A DNA stretch of 64,000 bases from Bacteroidales bacterium (GCA_038237165.1 JBBRYZ010000001.1:30199-94198); one strand, 5' to 3'; positions 37,203 through 47,008 are shown, counted from the stretch's first letter. A program made the numbers and translations. Notes: a model not told the origin generated them from the letters alone.

Positions 37203-38510
37203 TTACTTTTCTACTTTGTAATGTTCCGGTATGCCTGTTTCATAAGGATTGCCAGGATCGTTGCTCCATTCGAACCAACCGCCGTCGTAAACTGAAACTT
37301 TGGGCCAGCCCATCAGCCAGGCGTTGAACCAAGCTTCACTGCCACGCCAACCGGTACCACAATAGAAAGCTAAATGCTTGTCGGGCGTGATACCGTTTTT
37401 TATCCAGGTGTCGGCTATCTCGTGAAACTCGCGTGTGGTGTTATCCACATTGCGGTAGTTTTCCATGTGATAAGCGTCGCTTCCGCAATCGGCAAAAACA
37501 GCACCTGGAATTCGTCCTTTTGCTTTGATGTAATTGTACCCGCTTACCTCGCCAATATATTCAGGCCAGCTTCGTACACAAACAAGTTCTGCATTATTCG
37601 CTTTCAATATTTCTTTGGCTTCGGGCGTATCAACTGCAAGTTCAGGATGAGCCGGAATTACAGCGCCGAAACTATCCACAGGCCTCTTTGGTTCATCGGC
37701 ATAATCTGTTTCAAATCCGTCATCCAGCCACGATTGAAAACCACCGTTAAGAATTCTGACATCTTTCACCCCGGCATACATCATGATAAATGCATTGCGG
37801 ATGGCCCCGATATCGCCGGCTGCACTGCCCGGAAATTCATCGGCATTATCAGGATGCATAAATTTACCATACAGCACAACGGTAGTGTCAGCGGTGATGC
37901 CATGATCTGTTAGGGCTTTCCTAAGTTCTTCCGGACTTCGCCGGTTCCAGGTTTCGGGTGCTTCGAGAGCCAGCGTATCCATGTCGATAGCCCCTGGAAT
38001 ATGGCCACTCAGGTAAGCATCGCGGTTGCGATAATGGGCATGTATAACCACGAATTTATTATTGCTGTAATTTTGAGGTTCACCACCTTTAATCAACGAA
38101 TTTACCCATTCAGCAGAAACAAGATGTTGAAACCGTTCCAGTTTTTGCATGGGTAAATCCGGATTATTAGTCCATTCAGTGGCGAAATCATTGTAACTGA
38201 AAACCTTGTTGTATCCCGAAGCGATAAACCTCGATGCTACTTTTTCCGTTTCCTCCTGCCGGTATCCGTAAACTACAATTGTATGTTCCGGTAATAGTTG
38301 CTTTTGCCTCACAACTTCTATCCAGTCGATATATTTCGTCCATTTTTCAGGAAGGCTGCGTGCGCCGGTAATATGTCCTCCGCTAGCTTCATTTTGAAGT
38401 GGCCAGCCATTGTAGGCTTCAACAGGCCGGACATCAACGATTTGAACATTGGATTCTGCAAGCAAAGCCTCTAATTCGGAGGTGGAAATTGATTGAACGG
38501 TGTTTTTCAA
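37203..38510 (-). CDS. eanB: Multi-rhodanese sulfurtransferase, EanB-like (anaerobic ergothioneine synthase)
   Basis: 435-aa ORF with several rhodanese modules and a C-terminal active-site loop YCGTGWRGSE. It lies 4 bp upstream of the EgtD-like gene, the arrangement that defines the EanA/EanB pathway. Confidence 0.7.
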   Translation of the reverse strand: MKNTVQSISTSELEALLAESNVQIVDVRPVEAYNGWPLQNEASGGHITGARSLPEKWTKYIDWIEVVRQKQLLPEHTIVVYGYRQEETEKVASRFIASGYNKVFSYNDFATEWTNNPDLPMQKLERFQHLVSAEWVNSLIKGGEPQNYSNNKFVVIHAHYRNRDAYLSGHIPGAIDMDTLALEAPETWNRRSPEELRKALTDHGITADTTVVLYGKFMHPDNADEFPGSAAGDIGAIRNAFIMMYAGVKDVRILNGGFQSWLDDGFETDYADEPKRPVDSFGAVIPAHPELAVDTPEAKEILKANNAELVCVRSWPEYIGEVSGYNYIKAKGRIPGAVFADCGSDAYHMENYRNVDNTTREFHEIADTWIKNGITPDKHLAFYCGTGWRGSEAWFNAWLMGWPKVSVYDGGWFEWSNDPGNPYETGIPEHYKVEK

Positions 38511-38547
38511 AGTAAACAGGATTTTTTAGATTGATAAAAAGCAAGTA

Positions 38548-38832
38548 TTAGTCTTTAGTGATCTCAACGCCTTTCCAGAAAGCTACGCGGTCCTTGATAC
38601 CCTTTGCCAAGTAGCTCGGATCGGGATAATACCATACCGCATCCTCGTTTTTCTTGCCGTCAACATCAAGGGTGTAATACGATGCGGTGCCTTTCCAATG
38701 GCAAACAGTGTGTGTGTCGCTGTTTTTAAGATAGGATTTGTTTACTGATTCAACCGGGAAATATTGATTTCCCTCCACATTAACTGTGTCATTGCTCTCG
38801 GCTATGATTTTGCCGTTCCAAATTGCTTTCAT
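38548..38832 (-). CDS. DUF427 domain protein
   Basis: 94-aa ORF. The pattern A.WNG..IAES......EGN.YFP...V......S...T.C.WKG.A.YY is typical of DUF427. Confidence 0.7.
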   Translation of the reverse strand: MKAIWNGKIIAESNDTVNVEGNQYFPVESVNKSYLKNSDTHTVCHWKGTASYYTLDVDGKKNEDAVWYYPDPSYLAKGIKDRVAFWKGVEITKD

Positions 38833-38863
38833 AATAGTGTGTTTTAAAATTGTGTATTAGTTA

Positions 38864-39442
38864 TTAGTAAGGAACTCCGTTTTCACGTTGTTTTTTGAAT
38901 GCCTCAGTGTACCAAACAAATTCATCGATGAACCGCTTGGCTGAAGATTCAGTTCTTTCATTTTTCGGGGTTAAATCATCACTAAATATACTGCCTATCA
39001 ATGGGAAAGGCAAACTTGATGAAATAGAAGGCATTCCAAGTTCGGCTAGTACTGACCTCAGATGTTCTGCCGCTCTTACTCCGCCGAAAGAACCGGAGGA
39101 ATAGGATGCGATGGCAGAAGGCTTGAAATAATATTCCCGCTGAAAATGGTCTAAAGTGTTTTTTAATGCAGGCGGAAGACTATGGTTGTATTCGCCGGTC
39201 ACCACCAGAAAACCATCAGAATGTTTGAAATAATCCGATATGATCTGCATGTTTTCAGGAGCTGTACCGGGAGCATACTCTTTGTGCATTTTATCCAACA
39301 ATGGAAGTTTATAAACCAGGGGATCGATGAAATGAACAGTGATTCCACGTTCAAGCAATTTTTTCTCCAGGTATTTTCCCGCTAAAATCCCTTGGCGATC
39401 ACTCCGGACTGAGCCATAAATTATGCTGATAGTAAGTTCCAT
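38864..39442 (-). CDS. NAD(P)H-dependent FMN reductase family oxidoreductase
   Basis: 192-aa flavodoxin-like ORF (GSVRSDRQG, TGEYNHSLPPALKN). Confidence 0.75.
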   Translation of the reverse strand: MELTISIIYGSVRSDRQGILAGKYLEKKLLERGITVHFIDPLVYKLPLLDKMHKEYAPGTAPENMQIISDYFKHSDGFLVVTGEYNHSLPPALKNTLDHFQREYYFKPSAIASYSSGSFGGVRAAEHLRSVLAELGMPSISSSLPFPLIGSIFSDDLTPKNERTESSAKRFIDEFVWYTEAFKKQRENGVPY

Positions 39443-39513
39443 TTCTAATTTGATTGTTAAGATTAGTCGGAGAAAATCAAAAACCTGACAACCGTTTTAT
39501 GCAAATTTCCATT

Positions 39514-40113
39514 TTAATGATGAACGACTATTTTGCCTTTTAATTCAGTTGGTTTACCCGTTTTAGATATAGTAAAGATATAGATTCCTGCCTGAAGATT
39601 GCTTGCATCAAAATCAAAATTGTCATCATTTGTATATGAATTAGAAACAAATGAACCGCTTTGGCTGAAAAGTTTCAGTTGATGGTTTTCATAGTTTTTA
39701 TTTTTAAAATATATCTTCGCCTGGCTGGTAACTGGATTAGGGCGAACCTGGTATCCACCATTTTGGAGATCTGTTATTTCGAGGGAAACTACTTTTGAAT
39801 AGCCATTGTTACCCAGGTCGAGCCGGTAATGGTTTTTTAGGTTGTTAACCGGACTTTCATCGATAAAATCATAAGGCCTGGCGAAGGAAGAGCTTCCGCA
39901 AACACCAGATATTTCACCAATTTGTGTAAAAGACAAATTATCAGTTGACCGGAATATTTTGGTTCCTTCACAGGTACTTCCTGATGCAATAACCCAACGA
40001 AGGAATATTTTTCCATTGTATTCATTGGCCGTAAAATTGTCGAGAATGGTGGCTTCCTGGGCAAAAAGACCGGTTCCTGCATACAAAGCCACTAAGAAGA
40101 TTGAAAATTTCAT
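39514..40113 (-). CDS. Secreted protein with T9SS type A C-terminal sorting domain
   Basis: A signal peptide starts at MKFSIFLVALYAG (ATG 40113; the ORF stays open to 40164). The C-terminal ~70 aa (YQVRPNP...LQAGIYIFTISK...KGKIVV) match the Por secretion tail pattern. Confidence 0.7.
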   Translation of the reverse strand: MKFSIFLVALYAGTGLFAQEATILDNFTANEYNGKIFLRWVIASGSTCEGTKIFRSTDNLSFTQIGEISGVCGSSSFARPYDFIDESPVNNLKNHYRLDLGNNGYSKVVSLEITDLQNGGYQVRPNPVTSQAKIYFKNKNYENHQLKLFSQSGSFVSNSYTNDDNFDFDASNLQAGIYIFTISKTGKPTELKGKIVVHH

Positions 40114-40475
40114 TCCTCTATTGATAGCACCAGGATAAATATATTTTGAGGATATGTTTTCCATAATAGGAATTTTCTATGCATTAAAACATTTATTGAG
40201 TAGAATAGGTTCATTTATAACACAATCGTAGTATTAATACGATTAGTCGCCAGATTCTTACTTCCTGACAAAGAAATCTGAGTAATTATCAAAAAAAAGT
40301 TCCAAAAGAAAAATAAAACACCGGCAAACATACTTGGCGCACTGTTGCCGGTGAAACTATAATTATGGTATAAAAACGGAATTAACGCTTGAGCTTATTA
40401 AAATTTACAATTAAAGCGCAAGAAAAAAGGGTTTAAGATTTATTGTTGTGATCACACTAATTGAAGTTTACTCAA

Positions 40476-40745
40476 TTATTTTGATACACTCTCTAATTTA
40501 TCAGCTATCTTTTTCTTTAATAATTCAAGATCTATTTCAGGATTGTTAGGTTTGTGAATAGCCGCAATACCTTTTTCTAAAAAATAACTTTGTTTTTCGT
40601 ACCTGGTGCAGGCGTTACACATGGATTTGTGCATCTTCAGCTGAAGCTTTTCAGAAAAGGATAATTTGAAATGAATCTTCTTCTCAATAAGTTCGGTGGC
40701 TTTGAGGCAGGACAGAAATAAGAAATGCATTATTTGTTTTACCAT
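40476..40745 (-). CDS. Putative zinc-binding (ZAS-type) anti-sigma factor
   Basis: 89-aa ORF 4 bp downstream of the ECF sigma gene. It contains the H-x3-C-x2-C motif (HKSMCNAC). Confidence 0.5.
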   Translation of the reverse strand: MVKQIMHFLFLSCLKATELIEKKIHFKLSFSEKLQLKMHKSMCNACTRYEKQSYFLEKGIAAIHKPNNPEIDLELLKKKIADKLESVSK

Positions 40746-40749
40746 GATT

Positions 40750-41301
40750 TTAAATTTTAAACCAATTATTTTCTACACAATCTCTTAACTGTAATTTTGC
40801 CCTATGTATAATCTGCCACAGGTTAGTCGGAGCAATTTCCAATTCCTGACAAATATCCTCACCATTTTTATCCGTGAGGTATTTTAAACGTACACAAGTA
40901 TTCCATTTTTCAGGTAACGCATCCAGGCATTTCTTCATAACTTCCTGAAATCCTGGATTATCCAACAATTGTTCATCTTCATTAATCCAGCTAACAGGTT
41001 TTTTATCAGAACGCCAATCGCCATCTGAATTAAAGAAATTTGAAAAAGATTGACTTTCGATATTTAACGGTTGATTTACCTTTTTGCGGTAGTAATCAAT
41101 AATCTTATGATTCAGGATTGAGAACAACCAGGTTTTGGGTGAACTTTCCGCTTTAAATGATTCTATCTTTTCGGCAGCAGCCATAAAAGTGTCCTGTACA
41201 AGGTCTTTTGCCTGGTCCGGATTGGAGACTTTGAAGTATGCCCAGTTAAAGAGTTCAGTGGCATATGTTTCGACCCATTCTGAAAGTTGTTTGTTTTTCA
41301 T
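40750..41301 (-). CDS. ECF-subfamily RNA polymerase sigma-70 factor
   Basis: 183-aa ORF with region 2 (DLVQDTFMAA, TWLFSILNHKIIDYYRKK) and region 4 (NLWQIIHRAKLQLR). Confidence 0.85.
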   Translation of the reverse strand: MKNKQLSEWVETYATELFNWAYFKVSNPDQAKDLVQDTFMAAAEKIESFKAESSPKTWLFSILNHKIIDYYRKKVNQPLNIESQSFSNFFNSDGDWRSDKKPVSWINEDEQLLDNPGFQEVMKKCLDALPEKWNTCVRLKYLTDKNGEDICQELEIAPTNLWQIIHRAKLQLRDCVENNWFKI

Positions 41302-41674
41302 ATTAACCTCATTAATACAGATCTTCGACTTTGAAGCAAAGATAAACTTTATACCAACTAATTATTTTCAATTTAGTTTGAGTTTTCTATAGGATCAAAT
41401 TACAATTAAATAATTGATGATGTGGCGTAAATGGCCAGGTTTAAGTTGAAAGTGAAATTGAGTTTTTTGTTTTGGCAGCAAACACCGAAGATTAAAGCGA
41501 AACTAAAAACGGAACTAAATAATTCAGGGCAATCCTCCAATAAACAATATGCTTAAAGTCGAACGAAATAATTGGCTGGAACTGGTTGAAAAGATTCAAC
41601 GCAATGCCAACCAACTGGGCAACTTCTAATGTGGTGATGAAACTTTTTCTCAGTATTAAATCTCTTTGATCCGT

Positions 41675-42097
41675 TTATTCTTTTACGAATAATGCCACAA
41701 CTATTCCGAAGATGATATGCCCCATGATACCACCAACCATGATAAGCGCCAAACTACCTTCAATTGGTGGCATTCCACCAAACATTGAGCCCATAATTGC
41801 CATCGCTATCTGGGCAAAGATGAAAGCGGCAAATCCAAAAATGACTCCTTTTAAAAGGTTATTACTTACTTTTTTCAATACATTGATAAAAACGAGGGCG
41901 TAGGTAAGCGCGAAAATTATACCAATCATAAAATGCATTATCCAGCCGATAGCGATTGGAAAGCCCATCGCCATTGATAGCATGGCAGGCAGGTTCATTT
42001 TGGGGATTCCCATCATTGGGGCAATCATCATTACCATTGTCATTACTGCTGTAGCAACTATGCCACCGATTAACGATTGTGTGATCTTGTTTGACAT
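41675..42097 (-). CDS. Hypothetical 4-TM membrane protein
   Basis: 140-aa strongly hydrophobic ORF. No family assigned with confidence. Confidence 0.5.
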   Translation of the reverse strand: MSNKITQSLIGGIVATAVMTMVMMIAPMMGIPKMNLPAMLSMAMGFPIAIGWIMHFMIGIIFALTYALVFINVLKKVSNNLLKGVIFGFAAFIFAQIAMAIMGSMFGGMPPIEGSLALIMVGGIMGHIIFGIVVALFVKE

Positions 42098-42216
42098 TGT
42101 TTTTGTTTTTTGGGTTAAAAAAATCCGGGAGCTAACAATTACCCCCGGAAGACTAATAAATTGTAGTAAATGAAATTAATGCAGGAATTTGCAATAACAC
42201 TGCAAGCCAGGGAGGG

Positions 42217-42558
42217 TTACATTTTTTTCTGACATTCAGCAGTACATACATGCCCTTTTTCTCCGTGTGCATATACATGGTTGCCATCTTTACAGGCAGC
42301 AGTACAAACATGATCTTTCATCTCCATTGAAGTTGCCGAAGTTGAATTCATAGTTTTACAAGCTGCGGCACAAACGTGTCCTTTTTCGCCATGAGCGTAA
42401 ACATGATTGCCGTTGGCACATGCGCTTGTACATACATGGTCTTTGAGTTGAACTGTTTCAGTCTTTGTTTGCTTCTTTTCTGTTTTGGTTGAGGATTGAG
42501 CATTTGCTGCAAACGAAAGGCCAGCGATAATCGCGATTAAAAAGAACAATTTTCTCAT
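42217..42558 (-). CDS. Secreted Cys/His-rich protein with two ~30-aa HVCxxxC repeats (putative metal-binding)
   Basis: Signal peptide followed by a duplicated module KDHVCT.AC..GNHVYAHGEKGHVC.A.C, giving 8 Cys and 8 His in ~75 aa. Confidence 0.6.
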   Translation of the reverse strand: MRKLFFLIAIIAGLSFAANAQSSTKTEKKQTKTETVQLKDHVCTSACANGNHVYAHGEKGHVCAAACKTMNSTSATSMEMKDHVCTAACKDGNHVYAHGEKGHVCTAECQKKM

Positions 42559-43035
42559 TTTAGTTTAAATTAAGGGTTAGAATTAATGATTTACAAAAGA
42601 AGAGTCGCAGGTTTATACGAAACCTGACAGTAGAAGTAAAAAAAGATGAAATGAATGGATTTCTATCAATGAACAATAGTTGTTGGGTAATAAGACTGGA
42701 CAGTTCAATAAATCAGAGCTATTGGAAACAAAGCACTTCTCCCGGTCCTTTTGGAAACTGATTCTTTGGTTCCATACTTTTATTGCCATCATCCCATCTA
42801 ATGTTTAACTTTATGAGATACTCACCTCCCTGTTAGCCTTGATTCCTTTTTTACAAAGCCTACTGCTCCATTATTTTCTATTAAAAATTGATGAGGGGAA
42901 TGCTTCCACAAGTTCCAGAAGTTTTTTCTGAAACTTCTTTTGATTTTATACTATCCCTCACATTATAAAATAATTTCTCTCATTCCCTCCTTACTGTTAT
43001 CTTTGCCTGATCAACCTTAAAAAAAATACATTTAC

Positions 43036-45393
43036 TTGAATACAAGAAGGACTTATAGCATTTTAATGATACTGATAGTGTTATCACTGGCTTCGTGCAA
43101 GCCTACGCTCAAAGTGCAGCATCGCGGCGGCTACCTTCTGGTGCAAAATACTATCAAAAATAAAAACTCTTATCTGCCAACCGACGAACTTGAAGGGTTT
43201 ATACAGCAAAGTTCGATAGAAGGAAGCATTGCACCTTATTTCAGACCGGGAATATATTTTTATGAAAGAAGTCAGAGAGGAAAAGAAAACAAATTTAAGT
43301 TATGGGTTCGCAGGACATTCGGCACAAAACCGGTGATCCTGGATACTATGCAAATTCTGATCACTAATGACAAATTGCAGCAATACCTAAAAAACAAAGG
43401 ATTTTATCATTCATCAGTAGCCAGTTCAGTAAAATACGGGCGTAAAACAGCCGATGTAACCTACACTATCAGCTCCGGCCCACCATGCATAGTAAAGAAA
43501 TTTGATTATTTCGTTCCTGATCCGATGATGAATAATTATATAATGGCCGACTCAGCCAATGGAAAGCTACATGCGGGTATGATTTACGATACTTATGTTC
43601 TGGATGATGAACGCGAAAGGATAGCCAATCATCTCCGTAATAACAGCTATTACAGTTTTTCGCTTAGCGACATTTATTACATTGCAGATACTACCAATGC
43701 AGGTCTGTCGGCCGAGATTGAATTGCATATCAAGAAAATAAAACTAAACATTCCCGGCACTTCCGACTCAACTGTTGAAATAACACATCCCCGCTTTTAC
43801 ATCCACAATATTTATATAAATCCTGATATTAAATCTAGTACTCAGGAAAGTAAACCCGATACGCTTGTATATAAATATAATTTGAACAAATCGGATACCG
43901 CGGGCAGAAAAATTTATGTACTTACGGATTCAAAAAGCTCGCTAAAACCTTCATTCCTGGCATCAAGTTTATCTTTCGCGCAGGGCGATGCCTATAGTCA
44001 GGCGGCGACAAATCTCACCTATAAAAAACTGATCAGTCAGCCAATTATTGGATCTGCCAATATAAATATGGAAATTCAGAATCCAGGTATATTAAGTTCA
44101 TCCGGAAAACAATTGCTCGATTGTAACATACGATTAAAAAGGAATATGCTCAATACCTTTAGTGTAGGTACCGAAGGCACAAACTCGGGAGGACGCTTGG
44201 GGATTGGTGTGAACTCAGCCATACAGAACAGGAATATTTTCAGGGGTGCCGAAGTACTTTCGTTGAAAATAAAACTGAGCGGCGAAATACAGGGAAGTCT
44301 CAACAACCGCAATATCCAGAATTATTTCCTATTTTTCAATACAGTTGAAGGGGGAGCTGAAGTTAGCATTGATTTTCCCAGGCTTCTTATTCCATATCGG
44401 TCAAAATACAGGCAGGATATGTTACAGGGACGCACCTCGCTGAGTGCGGGCGCCGGGTTTGAATTTCAGAAAGAATACAACCGCAATATTTCATCACTCG
44501 CCTGGTCGTATAAGTGGAACGGGAATGATAGAGTTAAGCATATTTTCACTCCTTTGGAACTGAACTATATAAAAATTTCCAGGCTCGACACGGCATTCCG
44601 GCTGTATCTCGCCTCCCTCACCGATCCTGTGTATAAATCGCAGTACACGGATCACCTGCTTACTATGATACGGTATAGTATTATTATAAGCAACCTCGCA
44701 AGCACCAAACTAACCAGCCAATACTTTTTCCGCATAAATGCCGAAACTTCGGGAAATATCCCTTATTTGATTGATAAAAACAGTAATAATACGGATACAA
44801 TTGCCGGATCATACAAACGTTTAGGAGTCCGATATTCAGAATATGTAAGAATTGATTTTGATTTCCGTAAATTCTGGAAAATAAGGAATAGAAACACACT
44901 GGCTTTCCGGTTTATGGGAGGATCGGCGATACCATATGGCAATTCGGATGCGGTGCCCTTCGAAAAAAGTTTCTGGCTTGGAGGTGCCAACGACATGAGA
45001 GGATGGCGTTTAAGGTCGCTGGGGCCGGGAGCTTATGTTTCCACAAATTCAAACTATAATAAAACCGGTGATATTATGGTCCAGGCCAGTATCGAAAACA
45101 GATTTCCGATCTATAGTTTTTTACTCGGAAGCTTTTTTATTGATGCCGGTAATGTATGGTTACGAAAACCAAGCTATGATTTCCCTGGCGGAGAATTCAA
45201 TCTCAATACATTTTACAAGCAAATAGCCATGGATTTGGGATTTGGTCTTCGGTTTGATTTTTCATTCTTCATCCTGAGGCTGGATGCTGCAGTTCCTTTT
45301 CATGATCCTGCTACACCCGGTGAATGGTTCAGCCCGCAAGAGTTCAACTTTAAACATGCTATCCTTCATTTTGGAATCGGGTACCCGTTTTAA
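43036..45393 (+). CDS. BamA/TamA (Omp85, surface antigen D15) family outer-membrane protein
   Basis: 785-aa ORF with a lipoprotein-like signal (LSLASC), POTRA-like N-terminal part and a C-terminal beta-barrel ending in an aromatic residue (GIGYPF). TTG start at 43036; an alternative ATG is at 43066. Confidence 0.7.
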   Translation: MNTRRTYSILMILIVLSLASCKPTLKVQHRGGYLLVQNTIKNKNSYLPTDELEGFIQQSSIEGSIAPYFRPGIYFYERSQRGKENKFKLWVRRTFGTKPVILDTMQILITNDKLQQYLKNKGFYHSSVASSVKYGRKTADVTYTISSGPPCIVKKFDYFVPDPMMNNYIMADSANGKLHAGMIYDTYVLDDERERIANHLRNNSYYSFSLSDIYYIADTTNAGLSAEIELHIKKIKLNIPGTSDSTVEITHPRFYIHNIYINPDIKSSTQESKPDTLVYKYNLNKSDTAGRKIYVLTDSKSSLKPSFLASSLSFAQGDAYSQAATNLTYKKLISQPIIGSANINMEIQNPGILSSSGKQLLDCNIRLKRNMLNTFSVGTEGTNSGGRLGIGVNSAIQNRNIFRGAEVLSLKIKLSGEIQGSLNNRNIQNYFLFFNTVEGGAEVSIDFPRLLIPYRSKYRQDMLQGRTSLSAGAGFEFQKEYNRNISSLAWSYKWNGNDRVKHIFTPLELNYIKISRLDTAFRLYLASLTDPVYKSQYTDHLLTMIRYSIIISNLASTKLTSQYFFRINAETSGNIPYLIDKNSNNTDTIAGSYKRLGVRYSEYVRIDFDFRKFWKIRNRNTLAFRFMGGSAIPYGNSDAVPFEKSFWLGGANDMRGWRLRSLGPGAYVSTNSNYNKTGDIMVQASIENRFPIYSFLLGSFFIDAGNVWLRKPSYDFPGGEFNLNTFYKQIAMDLGFGLRFDFSFFILRLDAAVPFHDPATPGEWFSPQEFNFKHAILHFGIGYPF

Positions 45394-45682
45394 GTGTTGC
45401 GTATTTTACAGATTTTGCGAAACGAAAGTGGAAAGTTGTAGTCGACGACCTGTTTTGGCTAAGCTCATCAGTTTCACTCAACAACTCATCGCTTAAAGTC
45501 AGCGGTTTAGTGCTGGCTTTGTGTAAGTAGTTTCTGATCTTTTTATAGACTTTCGGCTTCCTGGATAGCTGACATTAATCAGCTGAAAGTAATTTTAACT
45601 TCGGATTCAAGGTATCTATAACATTTATTGTTCATAACTGTTTAAATATCAAGTGGATTCCAGATTTATCAAAAATAAAATT

Positions 45683-46216
45683 ATGGAGCGATATATAGCA
45701 TTCCTGCGTGGAATAAATGTTTCGGGTCAGAAACTTATAAAAATGGAGGCTTTGCGCACAGCATTTACCGAAGCAGGTTTTGCGCATGTGCAAACCTATA
45801 TCCAAAGCGGAAATGTGATTTTTGATTCTGATGAAACTGACACAAAGAAACTGAGCAAGCTTCTGGAAGATCTGATTGAGAAATCTTTTGGATTTCGGAC
45901 GGATGTGATACTTCGCAGACATACTGCAATAGAATCAATTCTGAACTCTTTGCATATAAGTAGCGCAGAATCCGGTGAAGAGATAAAATACTATATTACA
46001 TTCCTGAAAGAAGCATACTCCGAGCCCTTCACTATTCCTTTGTTTTCGAAAAACAAAGATGTTGAGGTCATTTATCATAACATGATGGAATTTGTTTCCA
46101 TCTCAAATTTCTATAAAGGCAGTTATGGCTTTCCAAATGCCTATATCGAAAAGCTAACCGGAATTCCTGCTACCACTCGAAATCCGATAACACTTGGAAA
46201 GATCCTGGAACTCTGA
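45683..46216 (+). CDS. DUF1697 domain protein
   Basis: The N-terminus MERYIAFLRGINVSGQKLIKM is the characteristic DUF1697 start. The ORF extends upstream to 45653, but 45683 fits the family. Confidence 0.7.
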   Translation: MERYIAFLRGINVSGQKLIKMEALRTAFTEAGFAHVQTYIQSGNVIFDSDETDTKKLSKLLEDLIEKSFGFRTDVILRRHTAIESILNSLHISSAESGEEIKYYITFLKEAYSEPFTIPLFSKNKDVEVIYHNMMEFVSISNFYKGSYGFPNAYIEKLTGIPATTRNPITLGKILEL

Positions 46217-46255
46217 CGCTTGAATTTATAAATATTAGAAACTATTTTCCATTAA

Positions 46256-47008
46256 CTATTTTTTCTTTCTCGTCAGATCAAGCAATCCATTTATAATGGT
46301 CAAAGGATGCGTGGGGTTACCCGGAATATAAAGATCCACGTGATAGTTATCCAGGAAACTGCGATTCAGAGCCGAGCTTCCTGCAAAAATACCTCCGCTT
46401 ATGGCATCCGTTCCTACCAGTACAATAATTTTTGGTTCAGGAATAGCATCATAACAAATCTGAAGCGGTTCGGCCATGCTTTCAGTAATCGGGCCGGTAA
46501 TAACAATCCCGTCAGCATGACGCGGAGAAGCTACAAACTCAATTCCGAAACGCCCCATATCGAACTGTACATTGTTGGCGGCTCCCAGTTCCCACTCACA
46601 ACTATTGTCGCCACCGGCTGAAACCTGGCGCAACTTCAATGAGCGACCAAACAGGCTGTGAATTTCTTTTCTCACTTTTGCGGGGTTAACGGTTATCGGA
46701 TTTTCATCTCCTTCTTTAATTATAAGGCTTTCACGCTCGTTGACTGATATCTTATAGTCGGTTGTAAATTGAATTTTTTCAGGAAACCGCAAAGCACATT
46801 CGCCGCAAAAGGTACATTTACCCAAGTCTATGCTTACCGGATTTATAGAAATCGCGTTAACAGGGCAAATATCCAGCAACTCTTTTTCATCCACTTTTAC
46901 AGAAGTAATCAAAGGCCTGCCCCTGAAAATCCCGGGAACTTTGGCTGTAGTTACATCAGGAATAAACTGTTGGCCTTGATGGTAGAGGATTTTGAGGTTA
47001 TTGTACAT
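46256..47008 (-). CDS. NuoB/HycG-like small subunit with N-terminal ferredoxin-like domain; cluster ligands degenerate
   Basis: The C-terminal part (ASPRHADGIVITGP...EPKIIVLVGTDAISGG...IPGNPTHP) aligns to the NuoB/HycG pattern, but only one of the four canonical Cys positions remains. The N-terminal region has C-P plus CTFCGEC. Confidence 0.75.
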   Translation of the reverse strand: MYNNLKILYHQGQQFIPDVTTAKVPGIFRGRPLITSVKVDEKELLDICPVNAISINPVSIDLGKCTFCGECALRFPEKIQFTTDYKISVNERESLIIKEGDENPITVNPAKVRKEIHSLFGRSLKLRQVSAGGDNSCEWELGAANNVQFDMGRFGIEFVASPRHADGIVITGPITESMAEPLQICYDAIPEPKIIVLVGTDAISGGIFAGSSALNRSFLDNYHVDLYIPGNPTHPLTIINGLLDLTRKKK

